The notes under the pieces: model-generated
What the model was told of the DNA's origin: nothing
Databases searched by the model: none
The model's input: the letters and a program-made list of their open reading frames with translations, nothing else
Assembly (NCBI GenBank): GCA_003164335.1
Contig: PLTF01000052.1
Location: forward strand, 9,932 to 73,931
Length of the DNA stretch: 64,000 nucleotides
Reading direction: 5' to 3'
From: Fibrobacterota bacterium
GTDB lineage: Bacteria > Fibrobacterota > Chitinivibrionia > Chitinivibrionales > Chitinispirillaceae
Position numbers and translations under genes: made by a program
Shown here: in pieces, positions 17,434 to 24,765 of the stretch
How the letters are laid out: each line of letters begins with the position of its first letter
Position numbering within the stretch: the first letter of the stretch is position 1

Positions 17434-19587
17434 GTGAATTCTGCTAAAATGGGTTTTCTGCGCTGTCCGGTGATTGGTTGTCTCGCTGCCGTTCTTCTCT
17501 GGACCGGAAAAGTTCTTGCCCTGAATGCGACCGATACCATCCAGGCCGAAGCATTCAGCGGTTCATCCGGAGTTACTACCGAGACCTGCTCCGAAGGCGG
17601 CCAGGATGTGACCTCGATCCAGAACGGCAGCTATACGTACTACGATAGTGTTAATTTCGGCACCAGCGGGATCCAGTGCTTTGAGGCGCGGATCGCGAGT
17701 TATGGTAATGGAGGCTATATCGAGGTTTATCTCGACTCTCTTGCCGGAACGCTGGCCTGCACGTGTGAGACCAGACCGGCTACGGGAGCGTGGCAAACCT
17801 GGACCGGCAGGACCTGCAGACTCGGCAGTATATCCGGAGTCCATACGGTTTACCTTAAATTTACCGGGGGGACAGGAAACCTGTTCAGCCTGAACTGGTT
17901 CAAATTCCACGCACCACAGACTTTTGCCACGGCCGGCTGGAGGTCATCCGACTCCGTCGCGAGAGGGATATGGAAAGGTACGATCACCCTTGCCGCTGCT
18001 TCGGGGACCCCGACCATCACCGTTACTCCCGATACCATGTACCAGAGGGTCGAGGGGTTCGGCGGGGCTTTCAACGACAATGGAGCGCATTGCATCGATA
18101 CCATCAACCGTCTCAGCGCGGGCATGGGAACGGCGGTCATGCGCGAGCTGTTCGACCCGGTCAACGGCTGCAGGTTCAATTTCGGCCGTGTTCCAATCGG
18201 CTGCAGCGATTACACGGTCACCAAGAATTACACGCTTGACGAAATTCCCTCGGGCAGCTCGGCGACGACGGATTTCAACATGCAGTACTTTACGATTGCG
18301 CACGACTCGCTCTTCAATATCCCCTACGTCAAATCGGCAATCCAATACCAGCCCAACCTCATGATATACGGGACTCCCTGGACGCCGCCCAGCTGGATGA
18401 AAAATACCGACCAGCCCTGGGGCGTCGTGAACAATGTCACCTCCACGATGGACACGGCTGCGCAATATTTAACCGCTTATGCGCTGTACTTCCGCAAATT
18501 CGTCCAGGCCTGGCAGCAGAAGGGCATTTCGATTGCCTTGGTCTGCCCCCAGAACGAGCCGACCTTTCAGGCAACCTACCAGCCTTCCTGCGCCTGGCCG
18601 GGAACCGGTGTCTGGATGAGAAACTTCTGCCGCGACTACCTGTGCCCGGGGTTCACGCAGAACGGCATTTCCACCGAGGTATGGATGGGCACGTTCTACG
18701 AAAATGGATTTGCCACCGATGCGGGGCCGACGCTTGCCGATACCCAGGCTCGCAAGTTGATCCTGGGTTGCGGGTTGCAGCGGGGCGGATCGGCGCAAAT
18801 GAATCAGTCCATCGATACCTCTCTCAAGTATAACCTGCACTGGCATGCCATTCAGACTGAAAATTGGAGTAATGACGGCCTGAACACCTGGACCGAGGCC
18901 ATGAATACCTTCGATGCCCTTCGCGACTTCTGGACCAACCAGACCAACGTTTTCAATTTCTGGAACATGGTCCTGGATAGCGAACCGGCCTATTGCGGCC
19001 AGATGAACTGGGCGCAGAATTCGATGGTTGTCGTCAATCCGCGTGCGAAGCCCCTTCCAACGGTCAAGTATACCGGCGAGTTTTTCACCATGAAGCATTA
19101 CAGCTATTATGTTGCCGTGGGTGCGGTGCGGATCATGGCTTCCAGCACGAATACCAGCCTGACCGTTGTCGGCTTCAAGAACCCGGACGGTTCCATTATT
19201 CTTGAAGTCGCGAATAATTCAAGTTCCGCGGTCTCGCCCGTTATCAAGGTCGGCACGCAGGCATTTACGCCGGCGCTGCCTGCAATGTCGGCCAACACCT
19301 TCGTGCTGGGAGGCACCCCGAATACCGCCAACTGGGTTCCCGGAACTACGGCAGTCCAGGTTACGCCCCTTAAGCGAACCCTGTCGCCGGTTTCCGGCAC
19401 GCTGGGCGTCTATGATATGAGGGGGCGCCTGGTGAAACTTCTCAACAGCCCGACTTCAGGGGAAAATCGCGAGGGGATGGTCTGGGACCGGACCGATGCG
19501 AGCGGAAAGAAAGCCGCTCCCGGTATATACCTGATTATGAACAAGGCGGGCAAGACTATCCAGACGGTAAAGGTACTCTGTAAATAA
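17434..19587 (+). CDS. CBM6-like module plus GH30 glycoside hydrolase with a T9SS type-A C-terminal sorting domain (paralog 2)
   Basis: Same architecture as 12302-14503, with about 60% identity by eye (NATDTIQAEAFSG...; EGFGGAFND; RVPIGCSDYT; LVCPQNEPTF; tail GTLGVYDMRGRLVKL...GIYLIMNKAGK..VKVLCK). GTG start 8 nt after AAGGAG, which mirrors the paralog-1 start context. Confidence 0.7.
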   Translation: MNSAKMGFLRCPVIGCLAAVLLWTGKVLALNATDTIQAEAFSGSSGVTTETCSEGGQDVTSIQNGSYTYYDSVNFGTSGIQCFEARIASYGNGGYIEVYLDSLAGTLACTCETRPATGAWQTWTGRTCRLGSISGVHTVYLKFTGGTGNLFSLNWFKFHAPQTFATAGWRSSDSVARGIWKGTITLAAASGTPTITVTPDTMYQRVEGFGGAFNDNGAHCIDTINRLSAGMGTAVMRELFDPVNGCRFNFGRVPIGCSDYTVTKNYTLDEIPSGSSATTDFNMQYFTIAHDSLFNIPYVKSAIQYQPNLMIYGTPWTPPSWMKNTDQPWGVVNNVTSTMDTAAQYLTAYALYFRKFVQAWQQKGISIALVCPQNEPTFQATYQPSCAWPGTGVWMRNFCRDYLCPGFTQNGISTEVWMGTFYENGFATDAGPTLADTQARKLILGCGLQRGGSAQMNQSIDTSLKYNLHWHAIQTENWSNDGLNTWTEAMNTFDALRDFWTNQTNVFNFWNMVLDSEPAYCGQMNWAQNSMVVVNPRAKPLPTVKYTGEFFTMKHYSYYVAVGAVRIMASSTNTSLTVVGFKNPDGSIILEVANNSSSAVSPVIKVGTQAFTPALPAMSANTFVLGGTPNTANWVPGTTAVQVTPLKRTLSPVSGTLGVYDMRGRLVKLLNSPTSGENREGMVWDRTDASGKKAAPGIYLIMNKAGKTIQTVKVLCK

Positions 19588-19599
19588 GGAGAGAAAAAA

Positions 19600-19638
19600 T
19601 CCGGCAGGAACCATGGTTCTTGCCGGATGCACTTATTT
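19600..19638 (+). terminator. Terminator-like hairpin plus T-run after GH30 paralog 2
   Basis: TCCGGCAGGAACC-at-GGTTCTTGCCGGA (one mismatch) followed by tgcacttaTTTTT. Confidence 0.5.
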
Positions 19639-19679
19639 TTCGTCAAAGCAGCCGCGCATGGCTAATAGGAGATTTTCCC

Positions 19680-22277
19680 ATGAAAGCATTCGCTCCGACA
19701 TTGGGCATTATCGGCATACTTGCCTGTTTTGCCGCAGCACCGCTGGCTCCAGCCACGGCACAATCGGTCAGTAACGTTACCACGCAGTCGGACGGCGCCC
19801 TTTGTGCACTGTCAAACGGCGGCTCACTGAAGGTGCAGGTGTGTGCGCCGAAAATCATAAGGATAGTTTACACGCTGGGAACCACAATACCGGCAGCGCA
19901 GGGCCTGGTGGTCAGCCAGACCTCTTTCACACCGGGAGCTTTCACGGTCGCCGATAACGGGACCGCGATTGTGGTTGCCACGCCCCAGTGCACGACCCTG
20001 GTGAACAAGTCGAATTCGCTGGTGTCGTTCAAGAATCCGGCCGGTGCCACCATTTGTTCCGAATCGGCCAGGGGCCTCTACCCGGTTACGAAAAGCTCGC
20101 AGGCCGGCGATTCGGGAACGCTCAATTTCAACTCTCCCACAAGCGAAGGGGTTTACGGTCTGGGAAACCTTTCGGCCTATCAGGGCAATCAGGGTACCGG
20201 CAACTACTGGCTTCAACAAGCACCCGATCAAACCGGGCAGATCAATATCCGGCCATTTACCTTCGATATGCATCAGTCCAACTGGGTGGATGTCATACCG
20301 TTTTTCATGACCACCAGCGGCTATGGCGTCCTGATGAATTTCTGCTGCCATGCGACGAAAACGTCGCCGCTTAACTTTACCGCCAGCTTCCTGAACAACA
20401 GTTGCTGGGATTATTTCTTTTTCTACGGTCCCCAGTTCGACACCATCATTGCCGGTTACCGCAATGTTGCCGGCCAGGTCCCCATGCTACCCAAATGGGC
20501 ATATGGCTTCTGGCAGTGCAAGAACGCCTACTCGAGCTCAAGCGGTATCCTGACCGCGGTTTCAACTTATCGCCAGGACAGCATACCGGTCGACAATATC
20601 GTGCAGGACTGGAACTGGTGGACCACTATCGGTTCTTTTCAGTGGGCCACCGCCTACACGTCACCGGCCCCGGCATCATGGATCTCGACAATCCACAGCG
20701 ACAGTTGCCATTTTACCCTGTCAATATGGCCGCAGTTCGCTTCAGGCAGCGCGGATTATACCGCCCTGCAGAACTATTTCCTCAACGCATCATGCAGCGC
20801 CAACAAGGACATCAATATCTTCGACACGACCGCGGACCGTCTGTTCTGGGGCGACATAAACTCCGGGGGCTTCAGCAACGGTGTTGACGCCTGGTGGTGT
20901 GACGCCACCGAGCCGGAGTGTTCGTATCTCACCAACCAGACAACGGATCTGGGAGCCATAGAAGGCTATGCGAACGCCTTCCCGATGGTAGAAGCCAAGG
21001 CTATGTACAATGGCCAGGTCTCCGTATCAAAAGCTAAGCGAGTTGTCAACCTCACCCGTTCATTCTATGCCGGTATGTACCGGTACGGGTCCTTATACTG
21101 GAACGGGGACCTGGAGAGCGTCATGGGGAACGTTCCTACCACGGTGAGCGGCGGAATCAATTCGTCGATGGCCGGCAATCCGTACTGGACCTCCGATATC
21201 GGCGGATTCTCGGGAACGCCTCCCGATGAGTGTCTTATACGCTGGTTCGAGGTTGGGACCTTTTTTCCCATCTTCCGCGTTCATGGCTCCCGAAACACGG
21301 AAATTTATGACATGAGTTCCCAGGCGAGGCCGATCTGCACCTACTACGACATATTGCGGTACCGTCTCATGCCCTACATCTATTCGCTTGCGGGGATGGT
21401 GACCAATGAAAATTATACCATGACGCGCGCCTTGTGGTTCGACTTTCCGGGTGATTCGAACGTTATAAACATTGCAAGCCAGTACATGTTCGGCCCGGCG
21501 CTGATGATCAACCCGGTGGATACGACCGGCGCAACCAGCCGCAACATCTACTTTCCTGCAGGCACCTGGTACAACTTCTGGACCGGCACCTCAAGTACCT
21601 ATGCCGCCGGCACCAAGGTCACCGGCGTATCAGCCCCCTTAGCGACTATACCGATTTACGCCAAAGCCGGTGCGATCCTTCCGATGGGGCCGAAAATCCA
21701 GTATGCAAGCCAGAGCGTCAATCCTATCGAACTGCGGGTCTACCCCGGGGCCGATGGGAATTTCACCCTTTATGAGGATGAGGGCGACAATTACGATTAC
21801 CAGTCCGGGACCTACGCAACCATACCGATTTCGTACAGTAATGCGACGGGCAAAGTGACCATCGGAGCGCGAAGCGGCAGCTTTCCCGGTATGCTCACGA
21901 ACCGGACATTCAACATCGTCTTCGTAACAGCAGGACATGGCATCGCCGACACGGTAACGCCGAATCCCGATTGCGTGATATCGTATACCGGAGCCGCTAT
22001 CCAGGGCTGTCCTGCTGCCGCGGTCGGCGTATGCAGTAAGTGCCAGACGCGGATAGTTCAAAGGCCCGGAATGATAACCGCTCTGAAAAGCGCGGACGAG
22101 AGGATCGTTTTCCCGCATAGTTATGTCGGCCTGCAAAAGGAGTTGGCAGTATACTCCATTTCCGGAAGGCTGATTACTAAAGCTATTGTAGAAAAACAAT
22201 CCGTTTCGCTGAAAAAGGATTTAGGCATAGCCACGGGCATTTATATGATTAAGGTCCGGGCTTTGGAATCGAAGTAG
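19680..22277 (+). CDS. GH31 family glycoside hydrolase (alpha-xylosidase/alpha-glucosidase-like) with a T9SS type-A C-terminal sorting domain (paralog 1)
   Basis: Signal peptide MKAFAPTLGIIGILACFAAAPLAPATAQ. GH31 motifs are present: GVDAWWCDATEPE (nucleophile region) and YWNGDLES (acid/base region), plus KWAYGFWQCKN. The tail is LAVYSISGRLI...GIYMIKVRA. Start set at the internal ATG after the upstream terminator; the ORF track begins at 19620. Confidence 0.75.
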   Translation: MKAFAPTLGIIGILACFAAAPLAPATAQSVSNVTTQSDGALCALSNGGSLKVQVCAPKIIRIVYTLGTTIPAAQGLVVSQTSFTPGAFTVADNGTAIVVATPQCTTLVNKSNSLVSFKNPAGATICSESARGLYPVTKSSQAGDSGTLNFNSPTSEGVYGLGNLSAYQGNQGTGNYWLQQAPDQTGQINIRPFTFDMHQSNWVDVIPFFMTTSGYGVLMNFCCHATKTSPLNFTASFLNNSCWDYFFFYGPQFDTIIAGYRNVAGQVPMLPKWAYGFWQCKNAYSSSSGILTAVSTYRQDSIPVDNIVQDWNWWTTIGSFQWATAYTSPAPASWISTIHSDSCHFTLSIWPQFASGSADYTALQNYFLNASCSANKDINIFDTTADRLFWGDINSGGFSNGVDAWWCDATEPECSYLTNQTTDLGAIEGYANAFPMVEAKAMYNGQVSVSKAKRVVNLTRSFYAGMYRYGSLYWNGDLESVMGNVPTTVSGGINSSMAGNPYWTSDIGGFSGTPPDECLIRWFEVGTFFPIFRVHGSRNTEIYDMSSQARPICTYYDILRYRLMPYIYSLAGMVTNENYTMTRALWFDFPGDSNVINIASQYMFGPALMINPVDTTGATSRNIYFPAGTWYNFWTGTSSTYAAGTKVTGVSAPLATIPIYAKAGAILPMGPKIQYASQSVNPIELRVYPGADGNFTLYEDEGDNYDYQSGTYATIPISYSNATGKVTIGARSGSFPGMLTNRTFNIVFVTAGHGIADTVTPNPDCVISYTGAAIQGCPAAAVGVCSKCQTRIVQRPGMITALKSADERIVFPHSYVGLQKELAVYSISGRLITKAIVEKQSVSLKKDLGIATGIYMIKVRALESK

Positions 22278-22393
22278 GGAATAGGAGTAATGCAGTATTT
22301 TCAATAACCGTATGCTTCGTGCTTCCTCGGCAAAGCTCGGGGTCGGCGCCGTGACAAAATGATAAGGTAAATACCTCGAGGAGGCGGGGAACA

Positions 22394-23821
22394 ATGAACA
22401 AGCTTTTGTGGCATTTCGGAGCAATTGCAGCGCTGGCACTCTGCGCCGGCTGCGGCGGCAATAATCCTGCCTCACTTGATCAAGGCAATCCCAACATATC
22501 TCCGGAAAACGGTGCGACCAGGGTCGACACCACGATCAGCCTGAGCTGGAGCGCATCGCCGCTCGCCGTATCCTACAGCATCCAGGTCTCGACGGATGCG
22601 ACATTTGCGACAGCCTTCGTCGACCAGACCGGACTGACTGCGCCGCAGTGTAAGCTCTCCGGTCTTTCCGGCAGCACCGTCTATTACTGGCGGGAAGATG
22701 CGGAAACCGGTAAGTGGGCGGGGGTTTGGTCGGGGACCTATGCTTTCACGACGGAAGTCACCATTGCTCCAGTACCGAAGCTGGCGCTTCCGGCGAATGG
22801 TGCGGCGGGCCAGTCGACTTCGCTTACCTTGAGCTGGAATCCATCGCGCGGTGCGGCATCCTATGGTGTGCAGGTTTCAACGACTGCGGGCTTCGCCTCG
22901 ACTGTTCTGAGCGAAAGCGGGGTTACTGCACCATCCTTTGCGGTCAGCAGTTTGCAAATGTATACAATCTATTATTGGCGGGTAAACGCGGGTGATGCTG
23001 AAGGCACGAGCGATTGGTCGGCTGCATGGCATTTTACGGTAGGCAATCTCAAGGTTATCCTTCCGACCATGGTAAACATACCGGCAGGTACATTTCAGAT
23101 GGGTGGTACGGCCCCTTACGCTTCACCGGTTCACAGCGTGACGCTCGGGGCATTTACGATGTCGCAGACGCTGGTGACTCAGGAGCAATACCTGGCCGTG
23201 ATGGGAACAAACCCCTCCTATTTCGATTCAGGATCTACCTGGCCGGTGGAGCAGGTAAACTGGTACGATGCGGCATTATTCTGCAACCGCCTGAGCGTGT
23301 TTGCGGGATTGGACACGGTGTATACCTATACTGGGATCTATCAGGGCTCAGGCTATGATTCCCTGACGAATGTAACGATAAACTACTCCGGAAACGGGTA
23401 CCGTCTGCCGACCGAGGCGGAGTACGAATATGCTTGCCGCGCGGGGACGACGACCGACTATTACTGGGGCAAAAACTATCCGCCGATGACGAGTGCCGAT
23501 ACGCTTGCAATGGACAGCAATGCGGCTTGGAAGTATAATTCGCCGAACGGCACGCAACCTGTAGCGAGGAAGAACCCGAATGGGTGGGGTTTGTACGATA
23601 TGGCGGGGAACCTGTGGGAGTGGTGCAATGACTGGTTTGGGAGTTACTCGTCAGGTGCGCAGACCAACCCGACAGGACCAAGTACCGGCAGTTACCGCAT
23701 GCTGCGTGGTGGCTCGTGGGACGATAACGGCATCGCCCTGACCGCGGCATACCGTAACATGTACTATCCGGGCGGCGGTCGCTATTACTACGGTTTCCGC
23801 GTGGTTTCCGGTGCCCGATAA
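22394..23821 (+). CDS. Lipoprotein with two FN3-like repeats and a C-terminal FGE-sulfatase (SUMF1/formylglycine-generating-enzyme-like) domain
   Basis: Lipobox LALCAGCGG. FN3-like repeats ...SYSIQVSTDATFA...YYWR. The FGE-like domain includes MVNIPAGTFQMGG, WPVEQVNWYDAALFCNRLS, GYRLPTEAEYEYACRAG, GLYDMAGNLWEWC and YRMLRGGSW. Confidence 0.7.
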   Translation: MNKLLWHFGAIAALALCAGCGGNNPASLDQGNPNISPENGATRVDTTISLSWSASPLAVSYSIQVSTDATFATAFVDQTGLTAPQCKLSGLSGSTVYYWREDAETGKWAGVWSGTYAFTTEVTIAPVPKLALPANGAAGQSTSLTLSWNPSRGAASYGVQVSTTAGFASTVLSESGVTAPSFAVSSLQMYTIYYWRVNAGDAEGTSDWSAAWHFTVGNLKVILPTMVNIPAGTFQMGGTAPYASPVHSVTLGAFTMSQTLVTQEQYLAVMGTNPSYFDSGSTWPVEQVNWYDAALFCNRLSVFAGLDTVYTYTGIYQGSGYDSLTNVTINYSGNGYRLPTEAEYEYACRAGTTTDYYWGKNYPPMTSADTLAMDSNAAWKYNSPNGTQPVARKNPNGWGLYDMAGNLWEWCNDWFGSYSSGAQTNPTGPSTGSYRMLRGGSWDDNGIALTAAYRNMYYPGGGRYYYGFRVVSGAR

Positions 23822-24024
23822 AGATGTGCTGGAACAGCCATGGCTGCTACCGTTGCGGAGTCGTGAAGGCCCGGTTTACGGCAAACACCCAATATGTGGC
23901 GGATAGCCTGAAGATCACTGAGATGCAATGATGCAAGGGCGGCATCTGTTTCCTTTTCAGACTTATGCGGCAAGCCGAATTATCTTAAAATAATGCCGGA
24001 AATCCTTTATCCAAAGGAGATGCA

Positions 24025-24633
24025 GTGAGATCCAAATTTTTTAGCCCGGCGGCAATAACGGTGGTCCTTTTTGCCTTCTCAACAGGTGCGCAAGTGAGCT
24101 TGCAGGGTGGAGGGAGCATTGGAGTTGGATTTTTTAAAGAAGAGATATCTCTCTTCGGTGTAAACTCTGTAACCGATACTAGAACCGGATTCACCGGCGG
24201 ATTTGCAATGGATGCTATTTTTTCGGAGTACCTTTCCCTTCGGGAAGGAATCGAGTACTCCGGGCGGGGCGGATCGGCAGGCGCGTTGGCCGATCAGTTG
24301 AATTATGTCGCCCTCCCGATTGCCGTGAAACTCAGCTATCCGCTGTCTTCCCGAATCCATCCCTACCTGCTCGGGGGAGGTAATTTTGGATTCCTGATCA
24401 ACGCCAGATTGGAAAACGGAAGTGCCGCTACCGACGAATCCACCTTCTATAATGCAGCCGACTTCGGCATCTATTGCGGAGCCGGAGCCGATTTCCCGAT
24501 GACGCATTCCATGGTACCTTTTGTGGAATTTTCATATTTATTGGGCTTGTCGAACACTTCGGCGCTGTCGTCTTACACGCAAACTAATCGGGGATTTCAA
24601 ATTAATGCGGGTTTGAAAGTAAAAATTAAATAG
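24025..24633 (+). CDS. Small outer-membrane beta-barrel protein (PorT/OmpA-barrel-like)
   Basis: Signal peptide present. ~180-aa mature protein with alternating amphipathic strands rich in G/Y/F and a C-terminal ...GFQINAGLKVKIK typical of 8-strand barrels. GTG start 4 nt after AAAGGAG. Confidence 0.4.
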   Translation: MRSKFFSPAAITVVLFAFSTGAQVSLQGGGSIGVGFFKEEISLFGVNSVTDTRTGFTGGFAMDAIFSEYLSLREGIEYSGRGGSAGALADQLNYVALPIAVKLSYPLSSRIHPYLLGGGNFGFLINARLENGSAATDESTFYNAADFGIYCGAGADFPMTHSMVPFVEFSYLLGLSNTSALSSYTQTNRGFQINAGLKVKIK

Positions 24634-24639
24634 CCGGTT

Positions 24640-24760
24640 CTATTGAACCTCCCCGCGACAAACTGCGGGGATAACGAGGCAGCCTGTACCGCGAAGCAGC
24701 CTGCCATCTTCTTCAGGCAGGGAAATCTTTATAATTCGCTCGGAAGCCTATTCACAGGAG
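24640..24760 (+). repeat. Dispersed leader-associated repeat (family B), copy A, directly upstream of the GH31 paralog 2 start
   Basis: ATTGAA-CCTCCCCGCG-acaaact-GCGGGG ... GCAGCCTGCCATCTTC ... GGAAATCTTTATAATTCGCTCG is shared with copies at 43715-43838 (minus orientation), 49573-49705, 52670-52760 and 53712-53802. Confidence 0.6.
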
Positions 24761-24765
24761 CAACG

